This document shows positions 26,174 to 36,723 of a stretch of DNA of 64,000 bases, one piece after another. A program made the translations under genes and the position numbers. Within the stretch, counting starts at the first letter, position 1; each line of letters opens with the position of its first letter. The stretch is taken from positions 9,451 to 73,450 of the forward strand of contig JAZRPA010000026.1 of the NCBI GenBank assembly GCA_045648965.1. Reading direction: 5' to 3'. The notes under the pieces are model-generated. The model was not told the DNA's origin. It ran no database searches and saw only the letters and a list, made by a program, of their open reading frames with translations. This DNA is from Alistipes sp. Its GTDB lineage: Bacteria; Bacteroidota; Bacteroidia; Bacteroidales; Rikenellaceae.

Positions 26174-27430
26174 TTATGCGCCGAAGTTATCGTAAAGGAT
26201 ATTCTCCGGTGGAACTCCGAGTGAATCGAGGAGCTTCTCTACTGCGCCGACCATCATTGGAGGTCCACACATAAGGTAGATACAGCCCTCTGGATCCTCG
26301 TGATTCTTGAGGTAGTTCTCGAAGAGAACGTTGTGAACGAAGCCTACCTTGTAGTCAACTCCTGCTGCATCTGCCTCCGGATCCGGACGGTCGAGAGCGA
26401 GGTTGAACTTGTAGTTAGGGAACTCCTTCTCGATAGCTGCGTAATCCTCCAAATAGAAGGCCTCCTTGAGCGAACGAGCACCATACCAGAAGGTAACAGG
26501 ACGCTTAGTCTTCTCGGTCTTGAAGAGGTGCATAATGTGCGAACGCATAGGCGCCATACCTGCACCACCACCGATAAAGATGAGCTCCTGAGTATCAGGC
26601 AAGTTGTCCGGCAAGAAGAACTCTCCGTAAGGACCCGACATAGTGATCTTATCGCCTGGCTTGAGCGAGTAGATATACGACGAACATACACCCGGATTAA
26701 CTGGGAGCATCTTACGATCTGGACCGAATGGAGGAGTTGCGATACGAACGTTGAGACGGATAATATCGCCCTCAGCAGGGTAAGTAGCGCACGAATATGC
26801 ACGTACCTGCGGCTCAGGGTTAACCATCTTCAAGTCGCGAAGGCCAAACTTAACCCAATCCTCCTCGTACTGTGGATCAACGTCGATATCCTTGTAATCT
26901 ACTGTGATTGCAGGAACGTCAATCTGGATATAACCACCCGAACGGAAGTTGAGGTGCTCGCCCTCAGGCAACTTAACAACGAACTCCTTGATAAATGTAG
27001 CAACATTGTGGTTCGAAATAACCTCGCACTCCCACTTCTTGATGCTGAGCACCGAATCAGGAACTGCGATCTTCATATTCTCCTTAACCTTCACCTGGCA
27101 GCCCAAACGCCAATTATCGCGAATCTGCTTACGGTTGAAGAAACCGGTCTCGGTAGGGAGAACCTCACCGCCGCCCTCCAAAACCTGACACTTGCACTGT
27201 CCGCAGGCACCCTTACCACCGCAAGCCGATGGGAGGAAGATGTCTGCTGTAGCAAGTGTTGCGAGGAGGTTACCACCAGCCTCAACCTCAACAACCTTCT
27301 TACCATCGTTGATATCGATGGTTACGTTGCCCGACGAGGTCAATTTAGCCTTTGCAAAGAGCAACAGTGCCACCAAAAGGAGTGTCACTCCAAGAAAGGC
27401 TGCGATTGCAATTAAAATAATCTTTAACAT
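26174..27430 (-). CDS. nqrF: Na+-translocating NADH:quinone reductase subunit F
   Basis: 2Fe-2S motif CGGKGACGQC; RAYS; GGGAGMAPMRSH; LMCGPPMM. Confidence 0.97.
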   Translation of the reverse strand: MLKIILIAIAAFLGVTLLLVALLLFAKAKLTSSGNVTIDINDGKKVVEVEAGGNLLATLATADIFLPSACGGKGACGQCKCQVLEGGGEVLPTETGFFNRKQIRDNWRLGCQVKVKENMKIAVPDSVLSIKKWECEVISNHNVATFIKEFVVKLPEGEHLNFRSGGYIQIDVPAITVDYKDIDVDPQYEEDWVKFGLRDLKMVNPEPQVRAYSCATYPAEGDIIRLNVRIATPPFGPDRKMLPVNPGVCSSYIYSLKPGDKITMSGPYGEFFLPDNLPDTQELIFIGGGAGMAPMRSHIMHLFKTEKTKRPVTFWYGARSLKEAFYLEDYAAIEKEFPNYKFNLALDRPDPEADAAGVDYKVGFVHNVLFENYLKNHEDPEGCIYLMCGPPMMVGAVEKLLDSLGVPPENILYDNFGA

Positions 27431-27452
27431 CTCTTTTACTCTTTTTAAAGGT

Positions 27453-28061
27453 TTACAACTTAATACCCATAAATATCATAAATGCGATACCCATAAGGCC
27501 AGTGATAATAAATGCAATACCCGGGCCCTTCAATGCAGCAGGAATATGCGAGTACGAGAGGCGCTCGCGGATAGCAGCCATCATAACGATAGCAATCCAC
27601 CAGCCAATACCCGAACCCAAACCATAAACTACCGACTGCCATACATTTTCGATTTCGCCGGCACTAACCTTCTGCTGCATAAAGAGCGAACCACCCATGA
27701 TTGCGCAGTTTACAGCGATAAGCGGAAGGAAGATACCGAGCTGATTGTAGAGTGATGGCGAGAACTTCTCGACAACCATCTCCACCAACTGCACAAATGC
27801 AGCAATAACTGCGATGAAGACGATGAACGAGAGGAACGACAAATCTACACCCTGAACCAATGCATCAGGAGCCAAAACATGCTCATTCAAGAGGTAGTTC
27901 AAAGGCACAGTCATAGTCTGCACGAAAGTTACTGCAAGACCAAGGCCAATTGCAGTCTTTACGTTCTTCGATACAGCAATATAGGAGCACATTCCGAAGA
28001 AGAATGCGAACACCATGTTCTTGATAAATATCGAATCAATAAACAAATTCAATGTTTCCAT
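27453..28061 (-). CDS. nqrE: NQR subunit E
   Basis: FFGMCSYIAVS, FLPLIAVNCAIMG. Confidence 0.96.
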   Translation of the reverse strand: METLNLFIDSIFIKNMVFAFFFGMCSYIAVSKNVKTAIGLGLAVTFVQTMTVPLNYLLNEHVLAPDALVQGVDLSFLSFIVFIAVIAAFVQLVEMVVEKFSPSLYNQLGIFLPLIAVNCAIMGGSLFMQQKVSAGEIENVWQSVVYGLGSGIGWWIAIVMMAAIRERLSYSHIPAALKGPGIAFIITGLMGIAFMIFMGIKL

Positions 28062-28072
28062 AATCTACCCTC

Positions 28073-28702
28073 CTATTTTTCCTGTAAATCCTTGTTAAAC
28101 GAACGGTGTACCCAGATAATGCAACCTACGATAATAAGTGCCATAGCCGGGTTCAACATCAAACTGCAGTTAGAATATACACCACCATTCTTGATGAGCC
28201 AATCCTTTGGAATAATCTCATAATCGAACAAGGTGCCCGAACCTAACAACTCGCGGAAGAATGCCACGATAACGAGAATCAAGCCGTAGCCTGCACCATT
28301 ACCAATACCATCGAGGAACGAGTCCCAAGGCTTGTTCTGCAAAGCGAACGCCTCGACACGACCCATCACGATACAGTTTGTAATAATAAGACCTACATAG
28401 ACCGACAACTGCTTAGACACGTCGTAAACGTATGCCTTCAACACCTGGTCCACGAGGATTACCAACGCAGCGATAACTACCAACTGAACAATTATACGAA
28501 TACGCGAAGGGACACCCTTGCGCAAAAGCGACATCACCAAGTTAGCGAACGCTGTAACGACCATAACCGACAAACCCATAACAATAGCAGGTTTGAGCTT
28601 CACGGTAACAGCCAAAGCCGAACAGATACCGAGGATCTGAACGATGACAGGATTATTTCCGCTGAGCGGAGCTGTCAAATTTTTCAAACTCTTACTTGCC
28701 AT
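28073..28702 (-). CDS. nqrD: NQR subunit D
   Basis: QILGICSALAVT, GLIITNCIVMGR. Start moved to MASKSL; overlaps the nqrC end. Confidence 0.95.
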   Translation of the reverse strand: MASKSLKNLTAPLSGNNPVIVQILGICSALAVTVKLKPAIVMGLSVMVVTAFANLVMSLLRKGVPSRIRIIVQLVVIAALVILVDQVLKAYVYDVSKQLSVYVGLIITNCIVMGRVEAFALQNKPWDSFLDGIGNGAGYGLILVIVAFFRELLGSGTLFDYEIIPKDWLIKNGGVYSNCSLMLNPAMALIIVGCIIWVHRSFNKDLQEK

Positions 28703-29471
28703 TGTTCTCTGTGTTTTTATCGTTAGACTTCTCATCTTCAGCACCCTCAGCCTCAGTCGTAACTGGCTCATTTACAACAGCCTCAACCTCTGCCTTGTTT
28801 GCTTCAAAATATGACTTATACGACTCCAAGCTATTCTTAATCATATTTGTAACACCGTCAGATGTCATTGTACCGCCCGAGATAGCATCTACCTCGTGTG
28901 CAATGTTTTTAGAGTCGCTCTTTACGCCGTCCTTCACCAAGGTAATACCCATAAACTTCTTACCCTTGAAGATGGTCTTACCCTTGTACTGCTTCTGATG
29001 GTTGTCGTTTGCAATCTCAGCACCCAGACCAGGAGTCTCGCCCTTGTGATCGAGTACGATACCCTTGATGGTATTCATATCCTTTTCCAAAGCTACATAA
29101 CCCCAAATTGGGCCCCAAAGGCCATCACCAGACAAAGGTACTACAACGCAACCATTCTTAGCCTTGAAGATTGGGAACAGACCATTAGCACGAGAACCCT
29201 TAACATTTTGAAGCGCAGCGAACACATTCTTGGTGACAGTATCAACCAACTTACCATCAGCATCGATCAATGCAGCCTCAGCTACAACCTCCTCGTATGA
29301 AGCGGTCTCACCGAGAGCCTTCACAATCTGAGTCTTCTTCTCGTTGAGGATATTCTCGCTCTGAAGCGGCTTCAAACTCTCTGCAGCCAAAGCAAGGAGC
29401 ACCGCCACGATAACTACCATCACTACCGAGTAGATGATGATATATACATTACTGTTTGTATTTACTTTCAT
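28692..29471 (-). CDS. nqrC: NQR subunit C
   Basis: GLWGPIWGY, GETPGLGAEI, FMN-attachment region DAISGGTMTS. Confidence 0.95.
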   Translation of the reverse strand: MKVNTNSNVYIIIYSVVMVVIVAVLLALAAESLKPLQSENILNEKKTQIVKALGETASYEEVVAEAALIDADGKLVDTVTKNVFAALQNVKGSRANGLFPIFKAKNGCVVVPLSGDGLWGPIWGYVALEKDMNTIKGIVLDHKGETPGLGAEIANDNHQKQYKGKTIFKGKKFMGITLVKDGVKSDSKNIAHEVDAISGGTMTSDGVTNMIKNSLESYKSYFEANKAEVEAVVNEPVTTEAEGAEDEKSNDKNTENNGK

Positions 29472-29485
29472 AGCCTATACCCTCC

Positions 29486-30706
29486 TTATTTAGCGATTTT
29501 AACACGATTCTTACGACGGCGAATATTTGCCTCGACTACGAAGTAATCTACGAGTGGAGCCAACGCATTCATAAAGAGAATCGAAAGCATCATACCCTCC
29601 GGATATGCAGGGTTAATCTCGCGAATCAAAATTGCGATAGCACCTGTCATAAAGCCGACGATATACTTACCGGTCGAAGTCTGAGCCGAAGTTACAGGAT
29701 CAGTAGCCATAAATACAGCACCGAATGCGAAACCACCGATGAGGAGGTGCATATAAGGTGCAATACCCTCAACCTGAACCGTCTTGAATATTGTATCACC
29801 AAATTCATCAACGCCGTTAGGAACGTTTATGATTGGGTTGCTCAATGCGCCTGCGCCGCAAAGCTCGAAGAGGTATGCCATAGCCAAACCTCCGGCAAAT
29901 ACCGAAACCATAGTCTTCCACGAAGCTACGCCTGTGAAGAGCAAGATAGCAGCACCGATGAGGATAGCCAAAGTCGAAGTCTCACCGAACGAGCCTGGGA
30001 TAAATCCAAGGAATGCGTCGAGAGTTGACCACGGCATCTCACCCTTTTCAGCAACCTCTGCCAAAGCAGTTGCACCTGTCTGAACGTCAGCAACGCCGAA
30101 CATATCCTTAAGCCACTCTGCGTTCGAGTACCATACCTCCTTACCCGACATCTGCGGAGTATAAGCGAAGAATACGAATGCACGAGCCAAAACAGCAGGG
30201 TTGAAGACATTCATACCTGTACCACCAAAGATCTCCTTACCGAAGATTACAGCGAATGCAGTACCAAGACCTACCATCCAAAGCGGAGTGCTTACAGGCA
30301 TTACCAAAGGAATCAAGAGACCCGAAACAAGGAATCCCTCATTCACCTCGTGACCACGGAACTGAGCTACGGTAAACTCGATACCCAAACCTACGATGTA
30401 CGATACAGCAATCATAGGAAGAATGCTCAACAAACCGTAGAAGAATGCATTCCAGCCCTCCAAGTGCGCCTGGATACCGGTGTTGTAGCAGCCGAACAAG
30501 AGCGCAGGAATGAGAGCAACTACTACGGTGATCATGGTACGCTTGATATCGTTACAGTCGCGAACATGTGTACCGTGCTGGGTAGTAGTGTTAGGAACGA
30601 ACAAGAAGGTTTCGAAAGCATCGAAAGTCGAGTGCAAGAAACCGAGTTTGCCACCCTTAGAGAAGGTTGGCTTAACCTTATCAACTAATTTACGAAGCGC
30701 CTTCAT
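29486..30706 (-). CDS. nqrB: NQR subunit B
   Basis: HVRDCNDIKR, KEIFGGTGMN, QTGATAL, FMATDPV; start overlaps the nqrA stop. Confidence 0.96.
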   Translation of the reverse strand: MKALRKLVDKVKPTFSKGGKLGFLHSTFDAFETFLFVPNTTTQHGTHVRDCNDIKRTMITVVVALIPALLFGCYNTGIQAHLEGWNAFFYGLLSILPMIAVSYIVGLGIEFTVAQFRGHEVNEGFLVSGLLIPLVMPVSTPLWMVGLGTAFAVIFGKEIFGGTGMNVFNPAVLARAFVFFAYTPQMSGKEVWYSNAEWLKDMFGVADVQTGATALAEVAEKGEMPWSTLDAFLGFIPGSFGETSTLAILIGAAILLFTGVASWKTMVSVFAGGLAMAYLFELCGAGALSNPIINVPNGVDEFGDTIFKTVQVEGIAPYMHLLIGGFAFGAVFMATDPVTSAQTSTGKYIVGFMTGAIAILIREINPAYPEGMMLSILFMNALAPLVDYFVVEANIRRRKNRVKIAK

Positions 30707-32046
30707 TACTCCTCCTCCTTCATCATTAAGTTAATACCATTGCGGAGAATCTGCTGAATCTCAATCTTCGAAGGGCAAACGAACTCGCAAAGTGCCAAGT
30801 CCTCCTCTACCACCTCGTAGATACCGAGATTCTCCATCTTATCCAAGTCACCAGCCAAGCAAGCCTTAACGAGGTGTACCGGATACACGTCCATTGGCAA
30901 GTACTTCTCGTAGAGGTCATTCATAACGAATGCACGCTCACCACCATTGAGGTTAGTATCTAGGTTATACTTGCGGCAAGGGAACAACCACGAGAAGTAT
31001 GCACGCGATACCGAGAACTTCTTGAAGCGAGGCATTGCCCAACCGAGCAACTCATAGTCATCGCCCTCAGGAATTACGGTAATCTGGTTTGCATTTACGC
31101 CGAGGAAGCCCTCTTTACCAACGTTGCGACCGGTCAAAACGTTGCCCGAGATAACACGAGCGTGCTCGTTAGACAACTTACCGCCCAAAATAGACTCGAT
31201 CGAAGCACCTGCAACTACGCGGTAGTACTTAGGCTCTGCTACGCACGAACCTGCAACTGCGATTACGCGGGTCATATCGACCTTGCCTGTGAGGAACAAG
31301 CGACCGAGGATTACAACGTCCTGAATGTTCAAGGTCCAAACCTTCTCGCCCTTGTTGATAGGGTCGATGTGGTGAATCTGAACGCCCACATTGCCCGCAG
31401 GGTGCTTACCCTGGAATGCGTGCAACTCTACGCCCTCAACCTCCGGCTTCTGGCACTCTGCATTGTACGAAAGGTGAACCTTACCGTCGGTCAAACGGCG
31501 CAATACATCAAAACCCTTCTGCAATGGCTGCTGCAACGATGCAAGAGCAAAGTTGTAGTCAGTTGCGAGAGGTGCGCTGTCGAATGCCGATACGAAGATA
31601 GCCTTTGGCTTATCGCTTGGCGAAGCAACAACTCCATAAGGACGCTGAACAAACATCGTCCACAAACCCGATTCGAGCAAAAGCTCAACAATCTGCTCAC
31701 GCGATGCCTTCGAGAGGTCGAGCGACGAGAACTGCTTGTAAGCGGTCTCCTCATCTGCGGTAACAACTACCGAGAGGATCTTACGCTTATCACCACGATT
31801 GACAGCAGCAACAGTACCGCTGACAGGCGAAGTGAAGACGATCTCCGGACGCTTCTTGTCGAAGAAGAGCGGAGAACCTGCCTCTACCTTGTCACCAACC
31901 TTAACGAGCATCTTAGGAGTTACGCCCTCGAAATCGAGTGGCGATACGGCATACTCCGAAGCCTTCGGAGCATCGACGATAGTCTTTGCCGCCTCTCCCT
32001 GCAAGCGAAGATCCAAACCTTTGCAAAGTTTAATGATTTTCGACAT
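30706..32046 (-). CDS. nqrA: NQR subunit A
   Basis: FTSPVSG, GKHPAGNVG, EEDLALCEFVCPSK. Confidence 0.96.
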   Translation of the reverse strand: MSKIIKLCKGLDLRLQGEAAKTIVDAPKASEYAVSPLDFEGVTPKMLVKVGDKVEAGSPLFFDKKRPEIVFTSPVSGTVAAVNRGDKRKILSVVVTADEETAYKQFSSLDLSKASREQIVELLLESGLWTMFVQRPYGVVASPSDKPKAIFVSAFDSAPLATDYNFALASLQQPLQKGFDVLRRLTDGKVHLSYNAECQKPEVEGVELHAFQGKHPAGNVGVQIHHIDPINKGEKVWTLNIQDVVILGRLFLTGKVDMTRVIAVAGSCVAEPKYYRVVAGASIESILGGKLSNEHARVISGNVLTGRNVGKEGFLGVNANQITVIPEGDDYELLGWAMPRFKKFSVSRAYFSWLFPCRKYNLDTNLNGGERAFVMNDLYEKYLPMDVYPVHLVKACLAGDLDKMENLGIYEVVEEDLALCEFVCPSKIEIQQILRNGINLMMKEEE

Positions 32047-32209
32047 GGTTTTTTGTGTTTTGTTAAGTGTTAATTAAATTTGTTTTATTTTGAAAAAATA
32101 ATGTTTCCGTAAAAACCCGTGCGAAGATACGAAATTTTTCGCCTCGTTATACTCTTTTCTGTTATTATTTTCACAATTCTTGCTATTTTTAGTTATCTTC
32201 GCAGTTGAT

Positions 32210-32779
32210 ATGGTCATAGACATTCACACGCATAATGCGCAAACACACGCGCAAACCATTGAAACAGTGGGCATTCACCCTTGGCACGCCTCGACGGGCG
32301 ACATTTCCGAGGTGGAGCGACTTGCACCCGCGGCCGACGCCATCGGAGAGATTGGTTTGGACTACGCTTGCGAGGTGTCGCGCGAGGAGCAGATGAGCGT
32401 TTTTCATGCGCAGTTAGCTCTTGCCGAGCTGCTCGAAAAGCCCGTGGTTTTGCACTGCGTGAGAGCGTTCGAAGATGTGATGAAGGTGGTGGGCGAATAT
32501 CGCTTAAAAGCGGTGATTTTTCACGGATTTATAGGCTCGGTCGAGCAGGCGCAACGTGCTGTAAAACAAGGATATTACCTATCATTCGGAGAGCGCACGT
32601 ATCACTCTCCAAAGAGCATCGAGGCACTGCGCGCCACCCCACTCTCGCAGCTCTTCGTAGAGACCGACGAGAGTACCACTCCGATAGAGGATATTTATGC
32701 AAAAATAGCCGAACTGCGAGGCATCAAGATCGAAGAACTCCTCAATGCCACCGAGGAGAATTTTTACAAGATATTCTAA
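32210..32779 (+). CDS. TatD-family hydrolase
   Basis: IDIHTH, GIHPW, IGEIGLD, LHCV, FVETD. Start moved to MVIDIHTH. Confidence 0.9.
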   Translation: MVIDIHTHNAQTHAQTIETVGIHPWHASTGDISEVERLAPAADAIGEIGLDYACEVSREEQMSVFHAQLALAELLEKPVVLHCVRAFEDVMKVVGEYRLKAVIFHGFIGSVEQAQRAVKQGYYLSFGERTYHSPKSIEALRATPLSQLFVETDESTTPIEDIYAKIAELRGIKIEELLNATEENFYKIF

Positions 32780-32799
32780 AAGGGTGTTAAATAATAAAA

Positions 32800-32833
32800 T
32801 GGGGTATCCTACAAATTATGGATACCCCATTTT
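32800..32833. terminator. Terminator hairpin after tatD
   Basis: AAATGGGGTATCC / GGATACCCCATTT. Confidence 0.75.
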
Positions 32834-32837
32834 TCTG

Positions 32838-32959
32838 AGAAGTTGTATAACAAGTGCTAATTTTAGGCTTGCGAAGCTCGAAAATGCGGAGTTTACTAGG
32901 CGTAAATGAGCATTTTGAGAGCGAGCGTAACGACAAAGTAGCCTTGTTAGGCAGCTTCT
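32838..32959. mobile_element. ERIC-like MITE, family E1 copy 1 (122 bp, 17-bp imperfect terminal inverted repeats)
   Basis: AGAAGTTGTATAACAAG ... CTTGTTAGGCAGCTTCT; core GGAGTTTAC-TAGGC-GTAAATGAGC; homologous to 48687-48807. Confidence 0.7.
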
Positions 32960-32960
32960 A

Positions 32961-34349
32961 TTACAGTAACTTCTTTACCAGGCTGAACATCTTATACGGC
33001 ATATAGCGGAACGGCAGGTCGAGCCATTTGCTTGTGGTTACGATACTACGTGTGTGGCTGAAAGCATCGAAGCTCTCGCGGCCATGATAGCGTCCCATAC
33101 CCGAATTGCCGACACCGCCAAACGGAACATTCTCGTTGGCTATATGCATTATCACATCGTTGATACAACCTCCACCCGACGAAGTGTGGCGCACAACTCG
33201 CCAGCCATCGGCTTCATCGCCAAAGAAATAGAGCGCCAACGGCTTCTCGCGCGAGGTGATAAATTCAATCGCCTTATCCACAAACGAGCTGCCCTCATCG
33301 AGCGTTATAACCGGAAATACGGGACCAAAGATCTCCTCGGTCATAACCGCAGAATCGAGCGGCGGATTATCAAGTAATGTAGGCTCAATATAGCGCTCTG
33401 CCGCATCAAAAGAGCCACCATACAACACCTTCGACTCCTTGATATAGCCCGAAACACGCTCGAAAGCCTTATCATTTACCATTCGCACATAGTGCTTGTC
33501 GGCCTTTACATCCTCGCCATGCAGAAGTTTCACCTCCTCGGCAAAAGCCTTCACAAAGGCCTCCTTAATATCCTTATGTATTAGAATGTAGTCCGGTGCA
33601 ATACAAGTCTGACCGCTATTCAAGGTCTTACCCCAGGCAAGGCGACGAGCGGTAGTCTTTATGTTGGCTGTTTTATCAATCACACACGGGCTCTTTCCAC
33701 CAAGCTCGAGAACAACCGGTGTAAGGTGCTTTGCCGCAGCTGCCATAACGGTCTTTGCCAAGGCAGGACTGCCCGTAAAGAAGATTATATCCCAACGTAT
33801 ATCGAAAAGCACTGCATTTACCTCACGATTTCCCTGAACAACAGCCACATACTCGCTATCGAAGGTCTCCGAAATCATCTCCTCGATAACCTGCGATACG
33901 ATAGGCACATAGGGCGACGGTTTGAGCATTGCCGTACAGCCCGAAGAGATTGCACCCACGAGCGGATTTAACAAGAGCTGCACGGGATAGTTCCACGGCG
34001 ACACGATAAGCGCATTGCCGAGCGGCTCCTTGACAACGTAGCTCTTCGACGGGAACATCTTCAATGGCGAAGAGGCCTTGCGACGCTTCGACCACGAACG
34101 GAGATGTTTGAGGTGCATCTTTGCCTCCGCCTTAACTATGCTGATTTCGGTAAGCAGAGCCTCCTCGTACGACTTATGAAGGTCCGCCCAAAGCGCATCG
34201 TAGAGACGCTGCTCCCAGCTATCCAACGCCGCCAAAAATTTACGCAACATCTGCTTGCGGAATTTGATGTCGAGCGTTGCACCCGAGCGGAAATAGGCCT
34301 TCTGCGCCTCGGCCATCTTCTGAATCTTCTCGATATATGCCTTATCCAT
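32961..34349 (-). CDS. Aldehyde dehydrogenase (ALDH3-like)
   Basis: PWNYP, FTGS, LELGGKSP, NSGQTCIAPDY, EEIFGP, PFGGVGNSGMG. Confidence 0.94.
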   Translation of the reverse strand: MDKAYIEKIQKMAEAQKAYFRSGATLDIKFRKQMLRKFLAALDSWEQRLYDALWADLHKSYEEALLTEISIVKAEAKMHLKHLRSWSKRRKASSPLKMFPSKSYVVKEPLGNALIVSPWNYPVQLLLNPLVGAISSGCTAMLKPSPYVPIVSQVIEEMISETFDSEYVAVVQGNREVNAVLFDIRWDIIFFTGSPALAKTVMAAAAKHLTPVVLELGGKSPCVIDKTANIKTTARRLAWGKTLNSGQTCIAPDYILIHKDIKEAFVKAFAEEVKLLHGEDVKADKHYVRMVNDKAFERVSGYIKESKVLYGGSFDAAERYIEPTLLDNPPLDSAVMTEEIFGPVFPVITLDEGSSFVDKAIEFITSREKPLALYFFGDEADGWRVVRHTSSGGGCINDVIMHIANENVPFGGVGNSGMGRYHGRESFDAFSHTRSIVTTSKWLDLPFRYMPYKMFSLVKKLL

Positions 34350-34357
34350 ACTTTAAA

Positions 34358-35164
34358 CTATTTACGGCCCGTAAACTTATCCATCGTGTGATAGATGCCT
34401 ATCACCTCGCCGAAGAACCAATCGAAAATTCGAACCGGCAGAAACGCCTGCCAGAATCGGATAAAGTGGTATCCGAACGGTATTCCTCGGAACGATTTGT
34501 TGCGCTCTATTGCATTCAACACTCTACGAGCCACATATTCAGGCGCTAAGATAGGTATAATTCTCGACTTTACACCATCGAACATACCTGTTTTTATGTA
34601 GTACGGTGCAACAGTTGTTACTCGAACACCTCTTCTTGCCTTATCCAACTCGATACGCAACGACTCCGACCAGCCGATAGCACCCCACTTACTTGCGCCA
34701 TAGACCGACATTCGCGGATTGCCAAGCATACCACCCGCCGAGGCGATGGTGCAGATGTGACCGCACTCGCGCTCCAACATATCGGGCAACATAGCGTGTG
34801 CCACATACATAGGAGCCAAGGTGTTGATACTCATCGTGCGCACAATCTCATCCTCGGTGAGTTGGTCGAAGGTCTTATTGCTGGTGATGATACCTGCGCA
34901 GTTGATAAGAATATCAACCTTGCCACACTCCTCGCATACCTGCTTGTATGCCGCCTTCACCACACTGTTGTTCGACACATCTACAATGTAGCCATTGACC
35001 TTGCCAAGCGGCGAGAGCTCTGCGATTGTTGCATCTATATTTGCTGCGTTTATATCCCAAATTATCAGGTGGTTGGCACCACGCTCGAGAGCCATACGAC
35101 CCATAATGCGTCCGATACCCGAAGCTCCACCCGTAATGAGGATATTTGCACTCTTTAACTTCAT
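34358..35164 (-). CDS. Short-chain dehydrogenase/reductase
   Basis: TGGASGIG, NCAG, YGASK. Confidence 0.92.
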   Translation of the reverse strand: MKLKSANILITGGASGIGRIMGRMALERGANHLIIWDINAANIDATIAELSPLGKVNGYIVDVSNNSVVKAAYKQVCEECGKVDILINCAGIITSNKTFDQLTEDEIVRTMSINTLAPMYVAHAMLPDMLERECGHICTIASAGGMLGNPRMSVYGASKWGAIGWSESLRIELDKARRGVRVTTVAPYYIKTGMFDGVKSRIIPILAPEYVARRVLNAIERNKSFRGIPFGYHFIRFWQAFLPVRIFDWFFGEVIGIYHTMDKFTGRK

Positions 35165-35235
35165 ATCTCTTCTCTTTTGAACATCACTTAAACGAAATGA
35201 GCCTGCCCAACCAACTAGGACAGACCCATTTTCAA

Positions 35236-35661
35236 CTACTTAACACGGTACCAATCCATCGTTCTGCCAATCATGCCCATCTTGTCGAGAGAGCCTCGAA
35301 CTTTCAGAACGTTGCCAACTACCTCCATCGAGCAGTAGTAGGTCTTACCGTTTGCAGGGTCGTAAATCTTACCACCTGTGTACTCTTTGCCGTCCTGCTT
35401 TAAGCCGCTGAGCATATTCAAGCCCATAAGTTTGCGGCTGCGAAGATTTGCGTTAGGATTCTTCGAATCAACAGCTGGTGAGCCATCAGGCTGTGTTGGA
35501 TTCTTCAACCAAACAATTCGTCCGTTGTAAACTCCACCACTCTGGTAGACCTCAACGATTGCGGTTCCGGTGCTCAACTTCCACTTACCAATTACGCCCT
35601 GAGCAAAAACTGCAAGCGGAGCAAGTGCCAAAACCAATCCAATAAATAACTTTTTCATCAT
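35236..35661 (-). CDS. DUF2147-like secreted protein
   Basis: Signal peptide; DSKNPN...RSRKLMG; GGKIYDPANGKTY; LKVRG; upstream TATCTTTG at 35685-35692. Confidence 0.82.
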   Translation of the reverse strand: MMKKLFIGLVLALAPLAVFAQGVIGKWKLSTGTAIVEVYQSGGVYNGRIVWLKNPTQPDGSPAVDSKNPNANLRSRKLMGLNMLSGLKQDGKEYTGGKIYDPANGKTYYCSMEVVGNVLKVRGSLDKMGMIGRTMDWYRVK

Positions 35662-35987
35662 AAACTTTTATGCTTATTGCGGTGCAAAGATATGTAAAGA
35701 TTTTCAGCCTACAACACTTTTCCTACATCGGTATTTATACCTAGTAAGCGATTTTTCAACCCTCAAAAATTGTGTAAATAATTAAATACATGATTATTAC
35801 ACTTACAACAAGACTACTCCCCACCATTAACCAGATGCGCAATATAGAACATCACCCAGTCTAAAATCATCACTTTGGCAATTTATTCATTTTAGTAAAT
35901 ATTTTTCACATATCGTACCGCGCACGCAACTTTTAGCGTTAAAGTTTAAACTTTATTTTGTATCTTTGCGTAAAGGATATTCGATTT

Positions 35988-36719
35988 ATGTGGCTTGAAC
36001 GAAGTTTGCTCCTCTTTGGCGAGGAGAAGATGAAGGCCCTGCAAGGGGCAAATGTGCTAGTTGTAGGCTTGGGTGGTGTAGGTGCATACGCTGCCGAGAT
36101 GTTGGTGCGTAGCGGCGTTGGCAAGATGACTATCGCCGACTCGGACTGCGTGGGCAAGAGCAATATCAACCGCCAGCTCATTGCACTCCACTCTACGATT
36201 GGTCGTCCAAAGAGCGAGGTTTTGGCCGAGCGTCTGCGCGATATTAACCCTGCAATCGAGTTGAGAGTTGTTAATGACTACATCAAGGACGAAAAGACCG
36301 ACCTACTGCTAGATAGCGACAAATACGACTACGTAGTAGATGCAATAGACACCCTCTCGCCGAAGTTGGCCTTGATAAAGGGGTGCTTGGATAGAGGCTA
36401 CCCTATCGTGAGCTCGATGGGAGCAGGGGCAAAGCTCGACCCTACGAAGGTTGAGGTCGCAGATATCTCGAAGACACACCACTGCCCGTTGGCGCATATG
36501 CTACGCAAACGACTCCACAAAATAGGTATTCGCAAGGGATTTAAGGCTGTATTTTCGGCTGAGCCACCCGTTGAGGGGGCGATGGTATTGTGCGAGGAGC
36601 AAAACCACAAATCGCAGGTGGGCACCGTATCGTACATGCCGGCAACATTCGGCATTGCGTGCGCATCGGTAGTTGTGAGAGAACTCATAACTACAATTGA
36701 AATTGAAAATAAACAATAA
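35988..36719 (+). CDS. tcdA: tRNA threonylcarbamoyladenosine dehydratase (ThiF family)
   Basis: VGLGGVG, SNINRQ, VVDAID, SSMGAG, HCPLA. Start moved to MWLERS. Confidence 0.88.
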   Translation: MWLERSLLLFGEEKMKALQGANVLVVGLGGVGAYAAEMLVRSGVGKMTIADSDCVGKSNINRQLIALHSTIGRPKSEVLAERLRDINPAIELRVVNDYIKDEKTDLLLDSDKYDYVVDAIDTLSPKLALIKGCLDRGYPIVSSMGAGAKLDPTKVEVADISKTHHCPLAHMLRKRLHKIGIRKGFKAVFSAEPPVEGAMVLCEEQNHKSQVGTVSYMPATFGIACASVVVRELITTIEIENKQ

Positions 36720-36723
36720 AGAT

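Noticed and set aside
35770-35830. AT-rich stretch ending GACTACTCCCCACCA that resembles an att or tRNA-end remnant
   Set aside because: No matching second copy, tRNA body or integrase in the window.
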